A stretch of 32,000 nucleotides of DNA from Demequinaceae bacterium (GTDB taxonomy: Bacteria; Actinomycetota; Actinomycetes; Actinomycetales; Demequinaceae): assembly GCA_965250005.1 (NCBI GenBank), contig OZ252279.1, forward strand, positions 60,001-92,000, in the 5' to 3' direction. Shown here piece after piece: positions 19,001-25,950 of this stretch; the stretch's first letter is position 1, and the number at the start of each line of letters is the position of its first letter. Below the pieces are notes generated by a model, which saw nothing but the letters and a program-made list of their open reading frames with translations, did not search any database and was not told the origin of the DNA. The position numbers and the translations under genes are program-made.

Positions 19001-20798
19001 CTCAGTGGGCCAGGGCAGCCAGAATGACGGCGCGGCAAATCTCAAGTACCCGACGCTCGACAGGGCGATCGAGACGACCTACGCCGCACAATCCTCGGCG
19101 ACCAACAAGAACTCGCTCTACGACTCCTACGTCCGCGCGATCCGCTGGGCATCCGACCGTATCAAGGACGACGGGGTGATCGGCTTTGTCACGAACGGCG
19201 GCTTCATCGACGGCAACACTGCCGACGGAATCCGCAAGTCGCTTGCAGGAGAGTTCAGCGAGATTTACGTGTTCAATCTTCGAGGTAATGCCCGGACCGC
19301 CGGAGTGCAGCGCCAGAAAGAGAAGGGAAACGTCTTCGCAGAGGGAGGGCGCACTACCATCGCCGTGACGTTCCTTGTCAAGCGTTCAGCAACGAGGAGC
19401 ACCGCACGGATCAAATACCGAGACATCGGTGACTACCTGACGACGGATCAAAAGCTTGAGATCATTAAATCCAGCGAGGTTGACTCGATCGAGTGGGAGG
19501 TGATCGAACCAAATGGCTCGGGCGACTGGCTCAATCAGCGCAACCCGGAGTTCGATGCATTCACCCCGATTGGCTCCAAGGATGACCCCAACCGCGCTAT
19601 CTTCGCTGTGCACTCGGGTGGACTTAAGACCAATCGGGACGCTTGGGTCTACAACTCGTCTCGGGCTGTCGTCGAGGCAAACGTGCGCGGAATGGTCGGC
19701 TTCTACAATTCCCACGTGGACAAGTTCGCTGCTCAGAGCGGCGATCCGGGCGCGAAGACCGTGGAGCGCCTCATTGACTTGGATCCCACCCATTTCAGTT
19801 GGAACCGCGCTGACAAGACGCATCTCGCTCGAGGCCGGAAGTACGTCGTGCGCGACGACGCGTTCCGGGTCGGCGGGTACCGGCCGTTTCACAAGCAGCG
19901 AGTCTGCTTCGACCGAAATCTCAATGACATGGTCTACCGCTTGCCGAGTCTGTTCCCGCCTGGCTCCGAAAACTTAGGCTTCTACCTCGACGGAACTCAC
20001 GCCGAGAACCACGGCGTCGTGCTTGCCATCAGCGAAGTTCCGTGCCTCGACTTGTTTGGAAGGGGCGGTCAATTCTTTCCCCGCTACTCGTACGCGGAGA
20101 AACCGGCAGACGACCTCTTCGCCGCCGCTTCGGATGAGACCTACACCCGCGTCGACAACATCACCGACGAGGCGCTCGCGGACTACCGGGCCAAGTACGG
20201 CCCCGAGGTCTCGAAGGACGACATCTTCTACTACGTGTACGGCCTGCTGCACTCGCCGGACTACCGCACCAAGTACGCTGCCGACCTCAAGCGCATGCTC
20301 CCGCGCATCCCGATGGTCGCGCCGGCCGACGACTTCCGCGCCTTCGCCGACGCGGGCCGCAAGCTCGCCGACCTGCACATCGGCTACGAGACTGTCGAGC
20401 CGTGGCCGCTGCACGTCGCTGGCGAGCCGGCGTCGTCCGTGAAGGGCGACGCGCTGTACGACTGGTACCGCGTGGAGAAGATGCGCTTCCCAGGCAAGGG
20501 CAAAGAGAAGGACCGATCGACGGTGATCTACAACTCGCACATCACGGTGAGCGGCATCCCTGACGAGGCGTACGAGTACAAGCTGGGCTCGCGCTCGGGT
20601 GTTGAGTGGGTGCTGGACCGGTATCAGGTGAAGATCGACAAGGCCTCGCAGATCAAGAACGACCCGAACGATTGGTCGCGCGAGGTAGAGGACCCGCCCT
20701 ACATCCTGGATCTGTTGGGGCGGGTAGTGCGGGTGAGCGTGGAAACTATAGGGATTGTGAGCACACTTCCGCCGTTGAGGGCTGCGGGTGGCAAATGA
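16002..20798 (+). CDS. Type ISP restriction-modification enzyme: a single polypeptide with Mrr-like nuclease, SF2 translocase ATPase, gamma-class N6-adenine methyltransferase and a target-recognition/C-terminal domain
   Basis: 1598 aa from ATG 16002 (GGGGAGA at 15991-15997). Nuclease: GIDLVA (D at 16200-16202) ...ITAIQCKFY (QCK at 16242-16250). ATPase: Walker A MACGTGKT (16584-16607), DEAH in ICDEAHRT (16977-16988), and motif VI QSVGRVMRK. MTase: motif I VLDPFTGTGTF (18669-18695) and motif IV NPPY (18990-19001). A variable region follows, then the conserved tail DDIFYYVYGLLHSPDYRTKYAADLKRMLPRIP. The order and size match the characterised LlaGI/LlaBIII architecture. Confidence 0.9.
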   Translation: MTAVTTLDDVLDDLRANATGIRDKGTAFENLTLEFFRTNPLHQSEFATVQTFADWAPQGGKRDTGIDLVATRHDGGITAIQCKFYDEGHTVQKSDIDSFFTASGKKPFTERIIVSTTDKWSDNAEAALENQHLDTTRFGLDDMRTSPVEWAILKNLTEAPKLKKRKPKQLRPHQRAAIDDVVAGFATSARGKLIMACGTGKTFTSLKLAEEMVKPGGSVLFLVPSISLLSQSLKEWGAEREAEMRFFAVCSDTHVGRTRKQKELHEDISAHDLEIPATTKSEKLVDGASATSKGAITVVFATYQSIDVVSAAQRAGLPDFDLIICDEAHRTTGVTLTGEGDKESAFVKVHDNANVAAKRRVYMTATPRVYGEDAKKKAVEGAAVLASMDDEEVFGPEFHRLGFGEAVDAGLLADYKVLILSVVEDYVAHALQTVLASDGNEIDLTNAAKLVGCWNALAKRGDVEQYGDDPGAMRRAVAFSQTIKASKGVTAAFEELSDALVGAAADGTRLSVEANHVDGTQNALYRNEQLAWLKAEAPDDSTCRILSNARCLSEGVDVPALDAVLFLNPRNSIVDVVQSVGRVMRKSEGKKFGYVIIPVAVPSGLEPHEALDKTDRYKVVWEVLRALRSHDERLEATVNTLDPTKPNDRIIPVNIGAGGSGSDRNDDTPDGTPVETQGSLDLRDSPVWREAIFARLVKKVGQRMYWDRWGKEVADAVARTTSRINAILARDKAAQREFDTFLEGIRRNLNDSISRDDAVSMLAQHLVTEPVFNAVFREFEFVEHNTVARTMQNMLDVLNQKNLETEGSELDEFYKAVRTRLDGVDDAGRMQFVNELYEKFFKRAFPTVAGQLGIVYTPVEIVDFIIRSVEHVLNEEFDASLSDKGVHVLDPFTGTGTFIVRLLQSGLIKPEDLLYKYTHELHCNEILLLAYYIAVVNVEATFHSLRGGEYVPFEGAVLADTFQMTEDGDTLDGDVFTANSERMKQQRELDIRVIVGNPPYSVGQGSQNDGAANLKYPTLDRAIETTYAAQSSATNKNSLYDSYVRAIRWASDRIKDDGVIGFVTNGGFIDGNTADGIRKSLAGEFSEIYVFNLRGNARTAGVQRQKEKGNVFAEGGRTTIAVTFLVKRSATRSTARIKYRDIGDYLTTDQKLEIIKSSEVDSIEWEVIEPNGSGDWLNQRNPEFDAFTPIGSKDDPNRAIFAVHSGGLKTNRDAWVYNSSRAVVEANVRGMVGFYNSHVDKFAAQSGDPGAKTVERLIDLDPTHFSWNRADKTHLARGRKYVVRDDAFRVGGYRPFHKQRVCFDRNLNDMVYRLPSLFPPGSENLGFYLDGTHAENHGVVLAISEVPCLDLFGRGGQFFPRYSYAEKPADDLFAAASDETYTRVDNITDEALADYRAKYGPEVSKDDIFYYVYGLLHSPDYRTKYAADLKRMLPRIPMVAPADDFRAFADAGRKLADLHIGYETVEPWPLHVAGEPASSVKGDALYDWYRVEKMRFPGKGKEKDRSTVIYNSHITVSGIPDEAYEYKLGSRSGVEWVLDRYQVKIDKASQIKNDPNDWSREVEDPPYILDLLGRVVRVSVETIGIVSTLPPLRAAGGK

Positions 20799-21946
20799 GA
20801 CTGACACGGCTAGGACTTGATCGCGACCTCGATACTGTCGTCGTGCTTGGTGCAGGCGCCACAGCAGGGGCGCGCGTCTCGACAACTCCGCCGCTAGGTC
20901 GGGCGTTTGTAGACACCGACTTCTTTGATCAATTGACCTACTTTTCGGCGAATGCAGCGTCGGACAGCTTCCGCGCTGACGCGTCAGACTTCCTCGGTTT
21001 CCTGAGGAGTCGGTACGGCAACGTCCCGCACGGACTCGAGGAAATCTTCGCAGAGTTGGACGTGACGAACCAATTCAATGAGGCAACTCGCGCGCGCAAG
21101 CAAGGCAGACCCCCGCGGGAGTTTGATCGCCGTGCGGAGCAGTTGAAGCGGCTCATCGTACTGGCCCTGCGGGAGAGCCTGGGGGCGTCTGAAGCAAACC
21201 TCCCGGTCTGTGATCTGCACCTGGCGGTGCTGCGCACGCTCGGCGTCAAAGATGCGGTCGTCTCATTCAACTACGACCTGCTCGCCGACCGAGCGATGTC
21301 CTCGGGCCTTGCCTCGAAGTTCAAGCCCGGTGTCAGCTATGGATTTGAGCCGAGCGCCGTTTCTGGAGAGTGGGCGCCCCCGCCGAAGCTCGGGAGTCCA
21401 TTTCGGAACCACACCAAACTGTATAAGCCTCACGGGTCGTTGCATTGGCGGGACACTGGCGAAGCCGTCGAGATCGCGGCGAGTGAAGTATCCATCAATG
21501 CGGACGACGTTGCGATCGTTCCGCCGCAGTTGATCAAGAGATTCGACGCGGAGCCTTATGAGTCAATCTGGCGAGGAGCACGAAAGGCAATCGCAGGAGC
21601 GCGCGCAATCATCCTCGCTGGGTATTCACTCCCCTCTTCGGATATTGCAACGACCGCCGCCCTTCGACTGGAAGCGGAAGAACTCCAACTTGTTTGCATC
21701 GCTAACCCCGACGACGCTGTTGTGCGACGGACGTTGGATGTGTTGAGAACCGCAATTACAGACAAGACGATAGTCGTGAGGCTCCGCACCTTCTCAGAGC
21801 TCGCACTTCGCTTCGGTGTACAAAGTGATCGGGCGCTCGCAGAGGAGCAACAAGACTTCTCATGGATGGAAAATGTCATCGATCAACGGGTGTACGACCT
21901 CGTGCCTGAGGCGTACGACCGGGCGGTGAACCGGTTGTTCGAATAG
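20795..21946 (+). CDS. SIR2-like (SIR2_2 family) protein, a putative NAD+-consuming effector translationally coupled to the Type ISP gene
   Basis: 383 aa from ATG 20795, which overlaps the RM stop as ATGA (20795-20798). The SIR2_2 hallmarks occur in order: VVVLGAGATAG (GAG at 20849-20857), VVSFNYDLLADR (Asn at 21269-21271), LYKPHGSLHW (HGS at 21431-21439) and IILAGYSLPSSD. The upstream part of track ORF 20606.. is just the out-of-frame RM 3' end. Confidence 0.8.
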   Translation: MRLTRLGLDRDLDTVVVLGAGATAGARVSTTPPLGRAFVDTDFFDQLTYFSANAASDSFRADASDFLGFLRSRYGNVPHGLEEIFAELDVTNQFNEATRARKQGRPPREFDRRAEQLKRLIVLALRESLGASEANLPVCDLHLAVLRTLGVKDAVVSFNYDLLADRAMSSGLASKFKPGVSYGFEPSAVSGEWAPPPKLGSPFRNHTKLYKPHGSLHWRDTGEAVEIAASEVSINADDVAIVPPQLIKRFDAEPYESIWRGARKAIAGARAIILAGYSLPSSDIATTAALRLEAEELQLVCIANPDDAVVRRTLDVLRTAITDKTIVVRLRTFSELALRFGVQSDRALAEEQQDFSWMENVIDQRVYDLVPEAYDRAVNRLFE

Positions 21947-21954
21947 CAGCGCGT

Positions 21955-22671
21955 CAGCGGATGGAGGGTGAGTCGTCAAGTGCCTTGGCGCCAACAATTA
22001 GGAATCTCGTACTCCCGAGCCTTGCGCCCCTTGCCCGAGTTCGAACCCTCGTCTTGCGCGATCACCGCTGCGACTCCCTTCTCGACGCCCGGGTGCACCA
22101 CGAGACCACGCGCCTCCGCAAGCGCCCGCAGCTCCGCTTTGCGTGCCTCTGGGAAGCCCGTGAGCACGATCAGGTCGCCGGGCTGAGCTCCAGCCCGTCG
22201 TGGCCACTGCGACCTGATCCTCAGCCTCGAGGTCCGCGAGGTCCAGCAGGCCAGCGAACTGAATCACGAGGGCGCGCTCGCCGCGGGTTAGCTGGTCGCC
22301 CGCGCAGACCGCGTCCACCACGCCCAGCATGTAGTGGCGGTTGAGGCGCGCCACGTCGTCGGCGCTTAGCGAGAGTTGCTCTGCGAGCCCGTCCAGCGCG
22401 CGGGTACCGATATCTTGCGGTCCAGGAGTACCCGGTCGAGCAGCTCCAGGTACTCGTCGGCGCCCTCGAGGCCCACGACGCATGCGGCCGTAGCGTCGAT
22501 GCCGTGTATGTGCTGGGCGCCGAGGTCGCGTTGCGGGTTCACGAGCGTGCCGTAGGTGGCCTCGCGCTCGCCGTTCGCGTCGAGCAGGACCACGCCGATC
22601 TCGCACGTGGGGTCTGTGCCGTTGTAGGCGAAGCCGGTAGTCTCGAGGTCGATGACTGCGAAGCCGGACAT
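21955..22671 (-). pseudogene. Decayed DEDDh exonuclease (DnaQ/epsilon-like) plus BRCT-domain gene
   Basis: Three frames are needed to read it. (a) 22671->~22409: MSGFAVIDLETTGF (Exo I) ...IHGID, then straight into ...EYLELLDRVLLDRKIS; the Exo II and Exo III motifs are absent. (b) ~22411->~22187: TRALDGLAEQLSLSADDVARLNRHYMLGVVDAVCAGDQLTRGERALVIQFAGLLDL. (c) ~22200->21976: AQPGDLIVLTGFPEARKAELRALAEARGLVVHPGVEKGVAAVIAQDEGSNSGKGRKAREYEIP (BRCT-like). A further shift near 21985 restores IVGAKALDDSPSIR*, with the stop at 21957-21955. Confidence 0.75.
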
Positions 22672-22769
22672 GTTCGCAACGTAGATCCGGCTCGCTGAAG
22701 CCGCAAACGGAACTGCACTTTTGTCGTTCTCACCAAGCGAAGTGCGCCTTGCGCGCGTAGCGTTGCGGA

Positions 22770-23459
22770 ATGGCGACTTCGCGCAGTGACGAGTTCAAAG
22801 TTGGTCGCGTCCAAGTGCCGCTCGCAACGGCGCTCAAGTGGCTAGCGGGCTATTTGAACCAGGAGCTCAACGAGACCGCAAAGAAGCCATTTGCGTACCC
22901 CGCGTACGACCACTACGAACCGGGCGCGGTTGACGCGAACGAGATTTCAGACGGAGACCTGCTCGCTCCCATGCTTCTCAACGTCAAGGTGTCGGTGAGA
23001 TCCCTCTACGCGTTGCAGGCGGTGAGATCCAAGATGGAGGCGGCTCTAGAGAAGGTCAAGCCGGAGACGGAATTGGCGCACGCCCGTGATGATGAAGTCC
23101 GTGCGCTCGTCGGACCGCTCTATGCAGTTCTCGACCCCGAGATGTCACGCCCGTCTGGAGTCAAGGCAACGACGCTGTCGAAAATCTATCATCGAAAGCG
23201 CCCGAAATTCGCCCTCCTTCACGACCGGTGGGTACGCGCTTGCTACGTCGGCTCGGGCGCGCCGGTGCGGGACGACCCGGATCGCACTTGGGCGGAGTAC
23301 ATGATTTCGCTCTCGCTGGAGGTCCGCAACGATCTTGTAGCGAACGCAGATGTGCTGGGCGATCTGCGGGAGCACCCTGGGATTGGCGACCGCGTGAGCG
23401 ACCTGAGGATTCTCGACATCTTGGCCTGGAGTTCGCGCGGAGGTGCGCGCATCAGGTGA
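22770..23459 (+). CDS. DUF6308-like hypothetical protein
   Basis: 229-aa ORF. AYPAYDHYEPG...ISDGDLLAPMLLNVKVS... and GVKATTLSKIYHRKRPKFALLHDRWV match my recollection of the actinobacterial DUF6308 family. The assignment is from memory only. Confidence 0.5.
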   Translation: MATSRSDEFKVGRVQVPLATALKWLAGYLNQELNETAKKPFAYPAYDHYEPGAVDANEISDGDLLAPMLLNVKVSVRSLYALQAVRSKMEAALEKVKPETELAHARDDEVRALVGPLYAVLDPEMSRPSGVKATTLSKIYHRKRPKFALLHDRWVRACYVGSGAPVRDDPDRTWAEYMISLSLEVRNDLVANADVLGDLREHPGIGDRVSDLRILDILAWSSRGGARIR

Positions 23460-23810
23460 GGGTTTCCCGGAACCGGCGGCCTCTCGAGCAGTCCCGGCAC
23501 ATGCCGGGCCTGCCAGCGTTGTCCACAACCGTGTTCAACGGCGCGTGCGAATCCCGCTGCTAGCATCGCAAACATGCGCTTTCCGAAGGCAGCTTCTCTC
23601 GCTGTGGCCGCCGCGTTGTGCCTGGCCACGGCGTCGTGCCAAGCGTCCACCCTAGTGGTCGATGGGGTCCTCTACCCGCTCACCAGCCGCGATCGCCGCC
23701 ACCGCCGCAGACCACACCGAGCTCTTCGCCTAGACCCACGCCAGGCGCCTTCGCGTGGAGCCTGCCTCCGGGCGCTTGACGGGGGCACTCGTTCACACTA
23801 GGTTCGCCAC

Positions 23811-24581
23811 GTGACAACGCCGACTACACCGAGCGCCGAGGCGCCACTGCCCGGAACCCCTCCCGTGCACGGCACTAAGCCGTCACATGGTTACGGGGAA
23901 CTCCTCGGGTCGATGCCCGCGCCCGTCGAGGTGAAGAGGCGCAACGCGACCAGCATCGTGCGGTGGATGTCCGGCGGCATCGTGCTCCTCGTGGTACTTC
24001 TGATTGCTGGCGCGGTGTTCCTTTTCAAGTCGAGCTTCTCTGACGAATCTCCGAACTATGCGGACGAGCCCGTGTCCGCACAGGTTGCGCCCGCTGTTGG
24101 CTGGGTGCAGGTCACCGATTCTCAGTCCCGCCTCGCCTTCGACGTGCCCGCCCACTGGCGCGACGCGACCGAGGTAGTGCCGGGATCCGACGCACTGATT
24201 GATTCCTCTCCAGACGTGGAGCAGGTGCGCGCGTGGCTCGCCGGTGACGGCGTCAGCGAGCCACTGATGCTGGTCTCGGTTTTTGCCAGCACCGACCCAG
24301 TGCCTCTTCCAGGCAAAATCCACGCAGAATCCTTCCTGCTCGGGGTCGAGGCAACCGCAGGTCCCCTGACCGTTGAAGATTCCGCGGCGATCACTACGTC
24401 AAACGGGCTGGTGGGTCATTGGATCACCTATCGAATCTCGGTATCGGGGGATGACGCGGACGGCGCGGTAGTGGCATTGACCCACGGAACAACCGCGTTC
24501 ATTCTCTCGGTAACTGCCTACGAGTCGGACGTGGACCCCGAACTCATCAACGAGATAGTCGAGACTGTTCGCATCGACTAG
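23811..24581 (+). CDS. Hypothetical single-pass membrane protein with an extracytoplasmic domain
   Basis: 256-aa ORF with a GTG start. It has a Pro/Thr-rich N-terminus, one TM helix (WMSGGIVLLVVLLIAGAVFLF) and a ~170-aa soluble domain with no recognised motif. Confidence 0.55.
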   Translation: MTTPTTPSAEAPLPGTPPVHGTKPSHGYGELLGSMPAPVEVKRRNATSIVRWMSGGIVLLVVLLIAGAVFLFKSSFSDESPNYADEPVSAQVAPAVGWVQVTDSQSRLAFDVPAHWRDATEVVPGSDALIDSSPDVEQVRAWLAGDGVSEPLMLVSVFASTDPVPLPGKIHAESFLLGVEATAGPLTVEDSAAITTSNGLVGHWITYRISVSGDDADGAVVALTHGTTAFILSVTAYESDVDPELINEIVETVRID

Positions 24582-24797
24582 ATTGCGCAACTCACGCGCG
24601 AACGAGGGCGGCCCCCGCGTTGTTGGCTCGCGCCTGGACGCGCGCAGGTCTAAGTAGCCGAAAAACTAGGTCTGCGTCCCGAACAGGACGATGCTCAAGC
24701 CCGCGAAGCCCCAGATGGTGGCGACACAGAATGCTGCTGTAAGTGAGTCCATGATTCAGCGTGGCACGTCGGCCGGGACTTCGCGCAGTGGCGGCGC

Positions 24798-25316
24798 CTA
24801 GCCGCCCAGCGACTTGCGCAGGTCCTTCACTAGCGTGACCAGGTGCAGCGGATCCGTAGGCGAGGGCTCGAACTCCGGAAGCGCGTGCAAGTAGAAGCGA
24901 CGGGCGGCGTCCCCCTCAGCGTGCACGAGCAGTCCCCGGAAGCCAATCCGTTCTGAAACCTCCACGGTCCGCGAGATCACATCGGCGACAAGCGCGTGGC
25001 CCAGGCCCTGGCCCTCGTGGTTCTTGTCCACGGCGAGGCGCGCCAGGAGCGCGAACGGCTGCGGGTGCCGCCCCACCCCCACGCGAGCGCGCGCCGGTAG
25101 CTGCGACGGTGCGACGCCGGCCATGGTCCACGCGAAGTAGGCGACCACGCGGCTGCTCGCCTCGGGCGTCGCGACCAGCACGCGTGCGGTCCGCGCACCC
25201 TGCGCTGCGCGGGCGTGGCGGACAGCCCACTCGGTCTGCTCGGGGGAGCGAGAGTTGAACGCAGTGATGTCGTGGTCCGCCCCAAGGAGCACGGGCCTCA
25301 AGTACACGGCGGGCAT
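24798..25316 (-). CDS. GNAT-family acetyltransferase toxin (TacT/KacT-like) of a type II TA pair
   Basis: 172-aa ORF. Acetyl-CoA site LAVDKNHEGQGLGHALV (Q/RxxGxG/A) and ...AARRFYLHALPEFEP. It sits 27 nt downstream of a DUF1778 gene. Confidence 0.85.
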   Translation of the reverse strand: MPAVYLRPVLLGADHDITAFNSRSPEQTEWAVRHARAAQGARTARVLVATPEASSRVVAYFAWTMAGVAPSQLPARARVGVGRHPQPFALLARLAVDKNHEGQGLGHALVADVISRTVEVSERIGFRGLLVHAEGDAARRFYLHALPEFEPSPTDPLHLVTLVKDLRKSLGG

Positions 25317-25343
25317 CCCTCAGGTGAAGGCGGGGCGACGGGG

Positions 25344-25631
25344 CTAGTCGGCCCAAGGCGACGGCCGCTCCATGAGGCGGCGCAACCCGGGAAGGTCCCG
25401 CGCCGGGCGGTCCAGAAGCTCCTGCCACGCCTCCCACTGCTGCTCGTCGAGCAGGAACTCGGTGCGGTCCGCGAGGATTCGTTGCGCGGCGATGCGCAGG
25501 TGCTCGTTCGCGAACCCGGTGACGTCTGTGCCGGTGGCCTCTGCGGCGCGCGCGAAGAGCTCACGGTCAGCGGAGGTGGTGCGGATTTCAAGGCGCTTGT
25601 CCTTCTTCCGTGCCGGTGTCGATGTGCTCAT
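25344..25631 (-). CDS. DUF1778-family (TacA-like, RHH) antitoxin
   Basis: 95-aa ORF. KDKRLEIRTTSADRELFARAAEATGTDVTGF...A..ILADR is the typical DUF1778 N-terminal pattern. It is paired with the GNAT toxin. Confidence 0.85.
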   Translation of the reverse strand: MSTSTPARKKDKRLEIRTTSADRELFARAAEATGTDVTGFANEHLRIAAQRILADRTEFLLDEQQWEAWQELLDRPARDLPGLRRLMERPSPWAD

Positions 25632-25650
25632 GGGGCGCCCTTTCGCTTTC

Positions 25651-25670
25651 GTACGGCCAGTGTACGGCCA
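25651..25670. promoter_or_regulatory. Candidate TA operator: GTACGGCCA direct repeat with an 11-bp period
   Basis: gtacggcca (25651-25659), gt, gtacggcca (25662-25670), 20-39 nt upstream of the antitoxin ATG (25631). On the coding strand this reads TGGCCGTACACTGGCCGTAC and contains a TANNNT-type hexamer, TACACT. Confidence 0.4.
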
Positions 25671-25950
25671 CTCGTGGGCCGGGGCAACGTGCTCATCTGA
25701 ACGATGCCACGCGGGCGGCGCGAGGCGACGTTATCCACAGGTGACGGGTGCAAGCCTGGCGTGCGCTCCTGCCGGGTGTTCGCGCCCGTTCGACCCGCGT
25801 GCAAACCGGCCCACCGAGAACAGCCACGAATACTCTCGACACGAACTAATCGGGCAAATCCGCGTCATACTGGCGTAGTTCGAGAGTCTCATATGTGAAG
25901 CCGCGCGGCGGCTAGGGTCTTTGTACATCTCTGAGGGATTGGAGCCGCGT

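Noticed and set aside
20606-20794. 63-codon upstream extension of the SIR2 ORF in the track.
   Set aside because: It lies inside the conserved C-terminal coding region of the RM gene in another frame. ATG 20795 gives the classic ATGA coupling, and the SIR2 GAG motif follows 18 residues later.
15999-20885. Minus-strand ORFs antisense to the RM gene (15999..16814, 16253..17044, 16875..17549, 18246..18830, 19974..20885, etc.).
   Set aside because: They have no motifs, they are antisense to a gene with four recognisable catalytic modules, and their composition is typical of shadow ORFs in GC-rich DNA.
21998-22606. 202-aa Arg-rich ORF.
   Set aside because: Only its middle third (the linker of the exonuclease-BRCT gene) looks like real protein. 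The rest is out-of-frame read-through of the pseudogene.
24666-24752. 28-codon minus-strand ORF encoding a hydrophobic peptide (MDSLTAAFCVATIWGFAGLSIVLFGTQT), which could be a small membrane toxin.
   Set aside because: It is too short to distinguish from chance. No SD, partner RNA or conserved motif was recognised. I note it only in case Ribo-seq or conservation data exist.
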